Source: a virus
Reading direction: 5' to 3' (one strand)
Length of the DNA stretch: 64,000 bases
IMG/VR virus record: IMGVR_UViG_3300045988_170943
Span: 352,001 to 416,000 of that record
The position numbers were made by a program, and so were the translations under genes. Shown here one piece after another: positions 47,659-58,531 of the stretch. Within the stretch, counting starts at the first letter, position 1, and each line of letters opens with the position of its first letter. The notes under the pieces are model-generated. The model did not search any database. It was not told the DNA's origin and worked only from the letters and a program-made list of their open reading frames with translations.

Positions 47659-50070
47659 CTACACGGCGACCTGAGTCAGTTCCAAAGGCTTACCATCCAT
47701 ACCCATAATGCGCTCAACCTTCACCGCATCCCTGAGGAAGGCCGCCCCCGACTTGAAGAACCCCCTGTCCCGAGGATTAGGTTCACGCTTCGCCCGGTTC
47801 TCAAACTCTACAGCCACAGACTCCACACACTCACTGATGAACCTGCCCAAAGAGTCAGACACCACCAGGTAGCGGACCTCCCCATACGCGAACCACCCCG
47901 ACCAGGCATAGTTTCTGAGCACCTTCTTCAACGCGCTACCCTGTTTACGAGTCAACTCGATCTCATATGCGATAGACCTAGCCCGACCATTCTTGTCCCG
48001 CACATCATAACGCATAATAAGGTCTGGCTGATGGTACGACGAGTACTTATCCTTCTCATCATCCTTCGCGCACGGTACCCACAGCATCGGATACTTCTCC
48101 ATGATGCCGTCACGTAACCCACTCGACAAGTCCTGGTATGCGTCAAGCATCTGCTCACGATACCTCACCAGACGTTCATCTCTCGACAAGGTGACACCAG
48201 AGCAGTTGCGCTCCATCCACCGCTCATTCACAAAGAACGCGGGCATAAACCCATGCAACTTACACTCGCGGGCAACAGTGTACGAAACCATAGCATTATG
48301 TGCGCCACGCTCAGTCATACGCGCACCCTTACGGGCACTACGCACCTTAATGTTGTCAAAATCCACGCCAGACCTGTTATCCCGGAGCACCTGAAGACCC
48401 TTGCTCTTCAACCGGTAAATACTCTTACCACCAAGGAACACGGTATCACTGATAATCAGGCCCATCTCCGCCAAACCAAGAAGACGCTTCGGCGCAGACT
48501 TCGGAGCCTTCAAACCCAGAATCGTCTGCACACTCCTAGCAGTAGCGGAACCAGACACAGCAATCAGTTCCAGCACCAACAAATCCTTCTGAGTGATCTT
48601 TGACCGATGATACTTCTTTCTCGGATTCCGCTTCTTCCTACCTGAGACAGTCTCGCCACGACGCTGCCTGTGCCGCAGATCCGCCTCCTGAGCCTTACTA
48701 CGCACAGGGAACTTCACATCAGGAGCGAACTCCTGCCGCATGTACTCGCCAGTGTCAGAAGGAAGCGGCTGCAACCCCTGACCAGGCTTCTTCGGCGGAG
48801 GACGGTACCCCTTCATAAACGGCTTATTCTCAGGATTCAGGATATGCGGGTCAGTGACACCAACCAGATTCGGGTCAACTGGTTTCTTAGGTCGAGGCCG
48901 CTTAGGCTTCTGATACTGAACCACATACTTGCGATCCTCCAACACGTTCACATCATCAGTACCCAGACCAGCAGGCTCAGGACGCGACTCGCCACCACTG
49001 AGAGACAAGCCCCCGCCAGTAGACACACCGCCGGATCGCCCCCCGTCGTTTACTCCACTACGAGATTGCGCACCATTAGCATCTCCTCGACCACTACTGT
49101 CACGACGGAACCCACCCGAACCAAGACCAGCACCCACAGTGAGACCAGCAGTTACAGCAGGTTCCTGTGGGCTTCCCTGAACGCCACCACGACCATCACC
49201 CGCGCCACTGCCCGCAGCGCGCACACGACCCGAACCTTGCACCTCACCATCAGGAGAAACGGGCCGCCTATCAGACGTTGAGCGGCCACCCGAGGCTACA
49301 CTACCAGTGGGACGACGGCCTTCCCCCAACTGCGGGCGACCACCGCCCTGAACCCCACCTACTGGCCTCTCATGATGTATAGCAGGCCTCGAAGCGCCTT
49401 CGCCCCCACCCGAGGTGCCCACGCCAGCACCATTACCAGCAGTCCCATGAGGAGCAGTGCGACGCTCAGGGTAAGAGTGACGAGAACTTCCCCCGTCCCC
49501 TACAACACCACCCTGAGCCCTCACGGGGCGGGCACCGCCAGCAGGAGATGCAGGGCGAGAGCCACCTCCCATGCCAGAGGTAACACCCTGCCTGACAACA
49601 GGTCCACCACCAGCCATACGACTTCCGCCACCCTGTGACTGTCGGACACCCATTGGGGCGACACCACCATGCGGTAGATCGCGGCCACGCACACTGTCAC
49701 CCTTCACCACACCACGGGCGCTGTCGTTACCCCCAGGGTTGGACCTACCAAGAGACCCCACACCCCTAGGATGACCGCCTCCCCCACGCGACGGCACCAC
49801 ACCAACACCAGCCCCAGTAGGTCGCCCAGCGCCTCTTGCGTCACCCTGTGGCCGGGTGGGGGAAGCCTCGTCGTCACTGAGCAGGTCACTCATCATGTCA
49901 TCGAGAAGATCATGCTCCACCTCAGCAGGCACGCCAACAGTACTACGTGCCGGGCCGCCATTAGTGCCAGAGACAGTCGGGCGCATGGGGCGGCTCACCC
50001 GGCTACGGTCACGGAAACTATTACGTGCGCCATCACGGCCAGGCTCATCAGTCACAAGCACACCCTCCAA
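47659..50070 (-). CDS. DNA-binding protein with ~430-aa Gly/Arg/Pro/Ser-rich disordered N-terminus and a C-terminal wHTH plus replication-relaxation-like domain
   Basis: C-terminal ~370 aa are well-composed (LLVLELIAVSGSATARSVQTIL...). The N-terminal low-complexity part could be over-called. Confidence 0.35.
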   Translation of the reverse strand: MEGVLVTDEPGRDGARNSFRDRSRVSRPMRPTVSGTNGGPARSTVGVPAEVEHDLLDDMMSDLLSDDEASPTRPQGDARGAGRPTGAGVGVVPSRGGGGHPRGVGSLGRSNPGGNDSARGVVKGDSVRGRDLPHGGVAPMGVRQSQGGGSRMAGGGPVVRQGVTSGMGGGSRPASPAGGARPVRAQGGVVGDGGSSRHSYPERRTAPHGTAGNGAGVGTSGGGEGASRPAIHHERPVGGVQGGGRPQLGEGRRPTGSVASGGRSTSDRRPVSPDGEVQGSGRVRAAGSGAGDGRGGVQGSPQEPAVTAGLTVGAGLGSGGFRRDSSGRGDANGAQSRSGVNDGGRSGGVSTGGGLSLSGGESRPEPAGLGTDDVNVLEDRKYVVQYQKPKRPRPKKPVDPNLVGVTDPHILNPENKPFMKGYRPPPKKPGQGLQPLPSDTGEYMRQEFAPDVKFPVRSKAQEADLRHRQRRGETVSGRKKRNPRKKYHRSKITQKDLLVLELIAVSGSATARSVQTILGLKAPKSAPKRLLGLAEMGLIISDTVFLGGKSIYRLKSKGLQVLRDNRSGVDFDNIKVRSARKGARMTERGAHNAMVSYTVARECKLHGFMPAFFVNERWMERNCSGVTLSRDERLVRYREQMLDAYQDLSSGLRDGIMEKYPMLWVPCAKDDEKDKYSSYHQPDLIMRYDVRDKNGRARSIAYEIELTRKQGSALKKVLRNYAWSGWFAYGEVRYLVVSDSLGRFISECVESVAVEFENRAKREPNPRDRGFFKSGAAFLRDAVKVERIMGMDGKPLELTQVAV

Positions 50071-50361
50071 GAGTTAAGAAAACAAGCGGGCAACAATCCA
50101 GACATTCTACACTATATTACCCCAAAACGCCAGCGGCACAAGAAAAGAAGCCCAAGCGACGACACCGCGACCCAACATCACGTACACTCCCGGTCACAAG
50201 AAAACCAAACCCATAGCACCCAGCCACGCACCATACAGAACCCGTAAAGGAACCCACCCCTGTGCCCCATATCACACGGCACTGGCTTGACCAATGACGA
50301 TCACGCGGCATACGATCAGGCCAGATCCAAACAAGCCAACCCCAAGCAAGGAAGTTACGCC

Positions 50362-50784
50362 ATGTGTAGCACAGACAACTACGACCTCATGATCCTCAAG
50401 ATGTCCCAGTACTTCATGCGTCGAGCACGTGGCAAGTCCTACCGGGTGCCAGACGAACTGAGCCTGATTTGCATGAAGGAAGACAACCCTGAAGAATGGG
50501 GCGACCTGATCCACGACCTCATCAACGAGGCACACCCATTCACTGACGAAGACGGAACATGGACCACCACCCACATGGGTAAGGAGGTCACCCACACCAT
50601 CGGCTCCGACGAGGTTATGGCTGCCGCACGCTACGCACGAACCATGCTGGAGATGGCAAACCGGGGAGACTACGCCCTCCTCCACCTCACGTCCGACACC
50701 TTGAGCAAGGCGCTGGACGACCTGTACAAGAAAGGCCGCCAGGACGCCCGCACAGCCCTAGCAGCAGAACAGGGACTCATCTAA
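50362..50784 (+). CDS. hypothetical protein
   Basis: Start placed at MCSTDNYD. Normal composition. Confidence 0.35.
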   Translation: MCSTDNYDLMILKMSQYFMRRARGKSYRVPDELSLICMKEDNPEEWGDLIHDLINEAHPFTDEDGTWTTTHMGKEVTHTIGSDEVMAAARYARTMLEMANRGDYALLHLTSDTLSKALDDLYKKGRQDARTALAAEQGLI

Positions 50785-50973
50785 AAGAACCAAACGAAAA
50801 CACACAGGCCCACATACCAGGTGAAACCACTAACCCCCGGCATGCGGGCCACAAGTATGTTCAAGAACCAGCAGGAACACAAACACCACACCTCACACCA
50901 TGGGTGACACGCCAAGGCACTGCGCAACCAAGGCCACCTGCCCGCACAAAACGATGGGGCGCACAGTTAACGC

Positions 50974-51381
50974 CTAGAGTGGAAAAGACTCAGAAATCCT
51001 CATCCAGGTACATGTTTCCAAGTACATGTGACCCACCCCGTCATTGAAGTGCTTCACCCTGAGCATACGAGACTCACAAGACGGGACGCGGATCAGCACC
51101 TCACCATACACTACACCAGCAGGGTCGGGGTTAAACAGGAGTGTGTCACACAAGATCCCCTCCAGACGATCAGGGAGACTCCCGCTATAGTCCGCAAAGG
51201 AGAAGCGGACAGCAACCACCCCGTCGTCAACCTCCACAATACAGAGGTTCGTCCCATTCGGGTTAACCTCATTCACCCGCCCCACAAGCCACTCAGCACG
51301 CTTCACAGCCTCACTCTCAGGTAACCCAGACACGTACCCATCAACCGACACTGGACGGTCAATCAACTCAACACTTCCCAT
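50974..51381 (-). CDS. hypothetical protein
   Basis: Start placed at MGSVELIDRP (cat at 51379-51381). Normal codon usage. Confidence 0.4.
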   Translation of the reverse strand: MGSVELIDRPVSVDGYVSGLPESEAVKRAEWLVGRVNEVNPNGTNLCIVEVDDGVVAVRFSFADYSGSLPDRLEGILCDTLLFNPDPAGVVYGEVLIRVPSCESRMLRVKHFNDGVGHMYLETCTWMRISESFPL

Positions 51382-51399
51382 AACAGTGTCTCCCTTCCA

Positions 51400-52660
51400 G
51401 ACGGAACCCAGTCCGTCCCAGGCAATCTCTTGCTTCGCTGGCAGTCCACTCGATCTACAGCACACCACCACCCACCAATATACAGGACAATACACCCAGA
51501 ACACAACCACCCCAGACCATGCCATACCACCCCTGGCAAACCCGACCGCCAGTGGCACACAAACAGCCCCAGGAAGACGCCCTCTGAGCAAGGCCACCCC
51601 ATGCACTCACACCAACCCGAGCACAAACCAGGCGGCAGGAGCCACGAGAAAAACCAGGCTCACCTACAAGCCCCGCACGCACAACACCAAACATGCCCAC
51701 CACCCAGAGTGGGAACATGCGCCTAACCCCCTGACGCCACCTCCCCGTGTTCCCATGCCCCTGTAAGAGTGAACCAGACAAACGTTACCGCTACTATCAT
51801 TGTTTACGACTAATCCGCACCCCCAAGAAACAAGCCACGCCCACACCAATTGAAACACCATGCTCACCCCATAGTTTCACGCTTGCCGCAACCAACCGGA
51901 ACACCATCAGCACAGAAAAGCGGCAGAGACGAAAACGGACGCAAGCCACAACAGCCACCGACCAGGAAAGGGGTCTAAACCCCTGTGCCGCAACACCCCA
52001 TATACACACCACCCAGCACCATTCCCCCAAACAGAGTAAACAGGGGTAAGAACACGACCCAGGATCGCAAGAAGCCGCATCCGGTAACCCAATCACGGTC
52101 ACGGCCCCACCCTATAGAGATCGACACCGAACCCGCCTCATGAGAATCACCCCCCTTGCGGCCACCTCAAAACAAACACAGGCCACGCACACGAACCCCA
52201 CTCAACACGACAATACACCACCATACGCCATCACAAGAACATCAGGCAATAGTCCCGCACATGAACGCCCACCCCAAAGGCGACACAAATAACCAACCAG
52301 CACGCATGACAAGAACACTTGACACCCAGCCAGGAAGACATCACATACATCCAAACAAGCCCGCAAACACACAAGACGAAGCAGCACCAAGACACAACAC
52401 GCAGACATGCGCAAAGACAAGCACACTTTACACACCTACCACATACCTGCACACCTCTCAAAAGGCATAGTCACCCAGGCAGCACACCGCCCCGCACAAA
52501 CAATAGACACACACCCAGAAACAGGCACACAACAAACCCCAAGACCAACCCCCAAAACACCCATACACCCAGAACGCACAACCAAAAACCACAAAACCGC
52601 GCCATTCCAACGAAAAGTCCCAATAACATGTGAAGAAGGGGTTTCCTATACGGGTACCAA
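51400..52660. repeat. low-complexity C/A-rich (on + strand) arm of a skewed ORF-poor region
   Basis: The + strand is almost devoid of G and T (cacaccaaccc... style) for about 1.26 kb. All frames are open because stop codons are depleted. Confidence 0.7.
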
Positions 52661-53085
52661 ACCCCAAAATTTCCGCCAAGCAAAACCCACCCACTTGGTG
52701 TCTCGCGCTGCTGTCGCTGTTGTGGTGCTCGTCTCTGTCGTGTTTGTTGGTGGGTTTGTGCTTGCCTGCACGGGCGTTCGCTGGGGCTCTCTGTGCAGGG
52801 TGGGGGTTGGTCTTGGGGTTGGGTGTGGTGGTGTGCGCTTACTGTCGTGATGAAGAGGCAGTGAGCGTGAGTGTGCGCATACTGTTTGGCTGTGTGGTGG
52901 ATGGGTGTGCGCACATAGTGTCTGGGCGACTACTGCGCAACAGGGGGCCAAACAGCCACAGGGGGTAAGGGGTTCAAGACAAAGGAGGAGGACGTAACCG
53001 TGCGCGTGGGGGTTGGGGGACTATTAACCCCTGACGGGTGCATAGGCGTGTGGCGGTACCTGGAGTGGTCACCTGCTACCTACCG

Positions 53086-53368
53086 GCTGCGTTCACTGCG
53101 TTCACTTCGCCTGGTTCCGGCATCGTGTTGGTTTGGGTTGTGGGTGGAGTCCTGGGTTGGGTTGTGGTTCTTGTGAGCAGTGTGTGGACAGTGTGGTGGC
53201 AGGTGTGCGCACATGGTGGCGGCATGGGGTGTGCGTGTGGGGTGGAGTGAAGCGTCAGCGGAGCGGAACCCCCTCCTGGGGTGAGAGAGTGTGCGTGTGC
53301 GGCACCCATAGGGGTGGTGGGGGGTTTGGTGAGCAAAGGCGGGGCAGAGTGAACGCAGTGAACGCAGC
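53086..53368. repeat. inverted-repeat pair (gctgcgttcactgcgttcact ... agtgaacgcagtgaacgcagc) flanking ~240 bp
   Basis: Exact ~21-nt reverse-complementary copies at 53086-53106 and 53348-53368. The motif family gtgaRgcgtcagcgRa recurs at 53253, 53528, 53583 and 53775. Confidence 0.6.
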
Positions 53369-54600
53369 CCCCTTCTTGGGGTGCTGGTGGATTCTTTGGG
53401 AGGGAGTGTGGGCCCGGACTGGTACCCAAGGCAGAGGGGAGCCCTGGCGGGGCGGCCCCTTGGTGTGCGGTCAGGGTGTCAACAGGGGGGGCATGCGTGG
53501 GTGTGCGCACGGTAGCCTCATGGGGGCGTGTGAGCGTCAGCGAGCGCGCGGCCTGGGGTCGGGTGGAGCGGGACCGGAGGGTGTAGTGAAGCGTCAGCGG
53601 AGCGGAGCCCGTAGTGTTCCGTGGGGGAGGCCCTGGTGTTGTTATCGGTTGGGGACAGACCTGTTGGCATGTGATCCCTGGGCGGGGTCTCCTGGTGGGC
53701 CCGGGGTGTGGGTGCCTTGCCTAGGGGTGCAGGGTGGTGTGGTAAGGGATGCAGAGTTGAGCATGGGGTGGGTTGAGTGAGCGTCAGCGAACGAAACCCC
53801 TAAGGTGAGTGTGGTAGCGTGGGGTGGGTGGAGGCCTGTGGGGCTGGTAGGTGAGCACGTGGGGTGAAGTGAATGGAGTATTCGGGTAGCGAGGAGAGCC
53901 TGGGTGTGTTGGGTGGCTGGGTGTCAGTGGGGTTGGGGGGCGACCTTCTGTAGGCATGGGTATAGGGTGTGGGTGTCTGGTGGTGTTGTCTGTGGGGGTG
54001 AGTGGTTGAGGTTGGGTTGGGTCTTTGGGGTGTTGGTGGTGTGAGGGTGGCTGGTGTTGGGGGTTGTGTGTGGGGTGGGACTGGTTGGGGGTGTATTTTT
54101 TTGTTTGGGGTGTGGGGTGTGGGTTTCACTGGGGCGCTTGGGGTGGGGTGTTATTTGTGTGTGATGTCCGCCTGGGGTTTGGGTGGGGAGGTTGTTGAAG
54201 CGTATTTGGGTGCGGCCTGTTTTGGTGGTGGTGAGGTAGGTGCCTTGGTTGATGCTGTTGATTCGTTTGCTGGTGAGGGGTTTGGGTGGTTGTGGCAGGC
54301 GTGTTTTGGGTGAAGTGGGTCATAGTGGGGTGGTCTGGGGTTTTGGTGGTGCCAGTATTGGGGGTGGGACGGCAATAGTGGGGTGTGGGGTTCTTGCTGC
54401 GTGTGTTGTGTTCTTGCTGGGGCGGGTGGTGTGGTTCTGGCCGCGAGTGCTGTGGTTGTCTGTGTTCGCATGTCTTGGGGTGTCGTGTGGCATGGTTCAC
54501 TCGTCTGGGGGTTGTGTTGGTGTGGTGGTCTGGGTTAGGGTTGGGTCAACAGGCCGGGAGGCAGAGGGCCCCTGGCATGAACCCGAGAAAGGGGATTAGG

Positions 54601-54954
54601 ATGTTTGATCTGCACGCTGCTGAGGCTCAGGTTCGTGAGGCTGCTGAGGCTGTTCGTACGATTGTTGGTATGCCTGTCACACAGGTGGATGTCCATCAGG
54701 TACTTCAGGTGGAGGAGAATGTTGCCACTCAGGTGGTGATTACTGGGCGGTACACGAAGGATGTTTTTGTTAGCGGCGCTGTCTTTGGGTACGGGAACCC
54801 GGTTCTGGTGGGGCGGCAGGTTGACCGGGTTGAGGAGTCGTCGGTTTTTGCGGGTGGTGCCTTTTACTGGTCTGTGAAGGCTTTTGATGCTCAGGGGGAT
54901 CTTGTTTTTGAGATTTCTGGTGAGGGTGTTGACTGGGAGGTGCGTTCTCGCTGA
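54601..54954 (+). CDS. hypothetical protein (T-ending codon usage)
   Basis: 118 aa from MFDLHAAEAQ. Well-composed protein inside the GT-rich arm. Confidence 0.4.
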   Translation: MFDLHAAEAQVREAAEAVRTIVGMPVTQVDVHQVLQVEENVATQVVITGRYTKDVFVSGAVFGYGNPVLVGRQVDRVEESSVFAGGAFYWSVKAFDAQGDLVFEISGEGVDWEVRSR

Positions 54955-55264
54955 GTCTCTGGGTTTTGGTTGGGGCCTACTGGGGTGTTGGATCCTGGTG
55001 GGTCCCAGTCTTTGTTGTCTGTTGGGGTGCTTGCTTGTTGTGTGGTGTTGGGCTGTCTGGTTAATTTGGGTGGGGTGTGTGTTGCTGTGCTCCTTCGGTC
55101 TGGTGCTGTGTTGGGTTATGGTGCGGCCTGGGATCTGGGGCTGTGCTCGTGGAGGTGTGTGGTGTACTTCATGTTTTTGGTGGTGTTGTGGTAGGTGGCT
55201 GGTGGTGTAGTGTTGAGCCGGTGCCGGGCCAGTCGGGCCGGGCAATGAACCTTGGGAGGGCTCT

Positions 55265-55720
55265 GTGATGTGTGTGTCTGATGATGTGGCTGTTGGGGTT
55301 GCGTCTGGTGTGGTTGGGGGTGTGCCTTCTGGGGGTGTGGTTTTTGATCCTGCTGACGTTGGTGGGGGTAACACGGCTGTGAGGGGCGCCTATTCTGTTG
55401 TTCGTCGTTGGCTGCCCTGGTATGCCAGTGTCAGTGGCCGGTGGGGTGGTGATTGGTGTGTTCTTCGTTCTGACGTGGGGAAGGATGAGGGGGTGGACAA
55501 CTCTGCTTCTGTTACTGTTGCCAGCCGGTGGGATGGTCGGGTGTTTCACTGGGATGTTGTTGCTGTGCACCGTGGTTGTGAGGCTTGTTGTTCTGGGTCG
55601 GGTGACTGGCATGCTATGCGGGTTGCTGTCTTTGGCACGGTGAACAGGGCGGTGGTGGCCTACTTGTCGTCACCCTTGGATTTTGATTGTGATGAGTGTC
55701 GGGAGGCTGGCTGGGTGTGA
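55265..55720 (+). CDS. hypothetical protein (GT-rich codons)
   Basis: 151-aa ORF with a diverse amino-acid composition, but an artefact of stop depletion cannot be excluded. Confidence 0.25.
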   Translation: MMCVSDDVAVGVASGVVGGVPSGGVVFDPADVGGGNTAVRGAYSVVRRWLPWYASVSGRWGGDWCVLRSDVGKDEGVDNSASVTVASRWDGRVFHWDVVAVHRGCEACCSGSGDWHAMRVAVFGTVNRAVVAYLSSPLDFDCDECREAGWV

Positions 55721-56883
55721 CCGGCCAGGGGGTGGTCTCTTGTGGTGGCGGGGCTGCCTCTAGCCTGCTTGTTGGTTGGGTGTGTTGGGTGCTTCCAGGT
55801 TGGGTGGGGTGGTCTTGGTGTGCTGTGTTAGGGTTGTGAGGTGGGGTTGGTTGGGGTAGATGGTAGGGACGCCATATGGTGGGGTGGTTGGGTGGTTTCA
55901 TGCTGGTGTGCGGCCTTGGGGTTTGAGTGCCTTGTTGCTTGCTGTGGGTTTCCCCTGTCCTCTGGGTCTTGTTGGGGTGCGGCCTCTGTGTGTGGGTGGT
56001 TTTCCTGGGGCTGGTGGCGGGTTGGGTCTGATGCCTGTTGGTCGGGCTGGTTGAGTTGCGTGTCTGTGTCGTGGGGTGGTTTCCTATGGCGTTGGCTGTC
56101 TGGCTTTGCCTGCCCGGTTGGAGGTCTCCTTGTGGGGCGTCTCCTTGGAGTGGTGGCGGGTTGTTCCTTGTTGGCCTCAGGTGGTGTGTGTGAAGGTGGG
56201 TGTCACTCAGGTTGTGTGAAGGCGCGAAGATGTGCCACCCAGGGTGCGGGTATTGGGGTCCGCACCCTGGGTGGTTTTGTTTGCCTGTGCTTTTCTTCTT
56301 TGGCCTGTCCGTCTGGTGCGTGCTGGGGCTTCCTGGGCTTGCTGGGTGCCTGAGTGTGGGACCCTTGTCTGGGCTCGTGGTGGATAGTGGGGACACCAGG
56401 ATAGGGGTTGGGTGGCGATTTCGTGGAGGGTGTGGTAGCCCGTGTCTTGTTTCTGGTGCATGTTAATGATGTCGTTCACTTGGGCCGCAAGAACTTGGTG
56501 TCGTCTTCTTGTGGTCTTGGCTGTTGTGGGTGGGGGTGAGGGCTTCGCTGTCTTCTTTGTTGCGTGGGGTGTCCTCGGAGAGGGGGCTGGTGATCTGGAC
56601 TAGGGGTGGGTGCGGCCTCGATGGCGTGGGTGGTAGTTGGCGGCCGGGTCGGAGAGGGTGGCGCAGCCTGAGATTCTGTGGCGGGTCAGGTTCTCGTTCT
56701 GGTTTGTTGGGTGGGGTACTGTTGCTCTGGGTTCAGGAGGTCGCGCATGTCCTGGTTGGTGGATTGGATGCGGTAGGCGGCGCCTGGGTGGTGGCCATGG
56801 TTGCTCACCCCTCTTTTGTGGGTCTGGGTGATGTGGGGCTTGTTTGTCTTGTGGCCTGGCGGCGGTGTTGGGGTCTGGTGGGG

Positions 56884-57240
56884 TTAGAACAGGGTGACGG
56901 ATAGGGTGTCATAGCCTTCGCCCATGATCGTGAGAGGGCGGTCACGGATGTCGTCTCCGCGGATCCAGATCTCCCACAGGGTGTCCGTGCCTGCCTCGGA
57001 CTCGTACCAGCAGCAGTTGGGTTCGCCAATGGTGAGCCCTTCCAGGTTGGTGGTGGTCTTGAAGACTACACCCTCGATCAGCAAGCGGCGTCCTGGGGTG
57101 GTGTCGATGACGATGTTGTTCCACCCGTCAGGGCGTGTCTCCCATGTGGCGGTCTCGATGGTCTGGCCCTTGACCTCTTTGAGGATCTGGGTGGCGGCCA
57201 GTACCTTGTCGTGGCCTTGGTGGCTGTTGGTGCTGAGCAT
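56884..57240 (-). CDS. hypothetical protein
   Basis: 118 aa on the minus strand. Local composition is normal, unlike the flanks. Confidence 0.4.
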   Translation of the reverse strand: MLSTNSHQGHDKVLAATQILKEVKGQTIETATWETRPDGWNNIVIDTTPGRRLLIEGVVFKTTTNLEGLTIGEPNCCWYESEAGTDTLWEIWIRGDDIRDRPLTIMGEGYDTLSVTLF

Positions 57241-58531
57241 GGCTGCCTCCCTACAGGTTGACGGGTCTGGTTCTGTCTTGTAGTGGCTCGCGCCCTGTCG
57301 GCGGAGCCCTTATCTGTGGTTACAGCATAGGCGTGTGCTGGGTGTGTCCGCAACCCTTGGGCGTGTGAACTGGGGCACAGTCAGTGCGGGTGTGCTTGTG
57401 GTCTGTTGGGGCTTCTTGGGGTTTGTTCTGTTCTGCTGGGGTGGATCCATGGGTGTGGGTGCTCGGTTGGGAGTGCTTGGGCACTGGGGTGGGTGCGTGG
57501 TTGGTTCGGCCCGACTTTCTGTCTTGTGGTCGTTGGTCGCCTGCCTGAACTGCTGCCCGTGGAGGGGTGTGCTGCTGGTGCGGTGGTCTGGGGTTGCGTG
57601 TACGGGATGCGGAGGGGTGGGGTGCCTGTTGTGTGCGAAACCTGGGTGAGGCTGGGACTTTTCGTTGTTATTCCAGTGGTAAAGTCCGTGCAGGCAAGGT
57701 CGTGTACTCTCGTTCGTTCCTGTTGTCGGGGTCGCCTTGTCTGCTCCTCCCTGAATCTGTCCCGCTGAGTGTCTGGTGGTGTCCCTTGTTTGGGGCTTGT
57801 TTTGTTGTGGTAGTAGGGGAAGGTGGCTGTGGGTGGGCTGGTCGTCCAGGTGGATGGGCCCGTGCAGGCAAGGGGGTTTTGAACGTACACCATATGAAAA
57901 AGAGATCTTGTATTACCAGGGAACGCTGCACGGGGTACCCGCCATTGTCACCTGACAGTTCCTCATCGTTTGTGTCCGCTGACTTGTGGGGGCGGGGCGT
58001 GTTGCTGGTTGAGGGTGTGATCGGGTTGGTGGTCTGTTTGGGTGTGGCTGCGACTGGTGGAGGGGTGACGCTGGGTGGGTTGCCTCAGCCTGCTGCTGGG
58101 GGTGGGGGTGGCGGAGAACCCTCTGGAAGAGCGTGTAAGCCACGCTGAGGCGTTTTTGGGGATGTACTGGTACCCTGGATAGGGTGCGGTGGCTCTAGGC
58201 CGTTAGGGGCGCTGTGACGACTCCTTGGGTGCTTGTCGCTCACATGTCCTGCCTTGCCCTTTACTTTCCGGCTGGGCTGGAGGTACGTATGGGGGTGTGG
58301 GGCTTAGGTTGTCCAGTGAATGGGTGGGGAGGGGTGGTAGAGGTAGGGCCGTGCTTGCTTTGGCCGGGTGTTTGTTTATGTGGGTGTTCTTCTGGGTGGG
58401 CATATTGTGTTAGGGGTGAATGGATTCTGTCACCCTGTCCACGGTTTGTCCTCGTTTCAGGGTTGACGGCCGGGGAGTGAGGGTGTTAAGGTTGTGAGAA
58501 TTCCTGATTTGGATGAGAGTGAGAGCAAGGT

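Larger units (their letters stand above)
52690..58480. repeat. low-complexity G/T-rich (on + strand) arm; mirror image of the left arm, with embedded small genes
   Basis: The + strand is more than 85% G+T over long stretches (ggtgtgggtgtctggtggtgttg...). GGG/GGGG runs are frequent. Composition switches within ~30 bp of 52670. Confidence 0.7.

Noticed and set aside
53250-53800. CRISPR array hypothesis for the gtgaagcgtcagcgg repeats
   Set aside because: Spacing is irregular (about 275, 55 and 190 bp). The repeats are not identical, and there is no leader or cas context.
51400-53940. Hairpin-telomere dimer junction, or assembly-joined telomeres (TG1-3-like repeats)
   Set aside because: The left arm is not the reverse complement of the right arm beyond base composition. 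The G-rich strands point away from the centre, the opposite of joined telomeric ends.
51386-58400. Dozens of overlapping ORFs of 60-280 aa in all frames (W/C/G-rich or P/T/H/Q-rich)
   Set aside because: Open frames are the trivial consequence of A/T depletion on one strand, which removes stop codons. The frames overlap one another and their codon usage is unlike the rest of the genome. Only 54601-54954 and 56884-57240 (and tentatively 55265-55720) look real.
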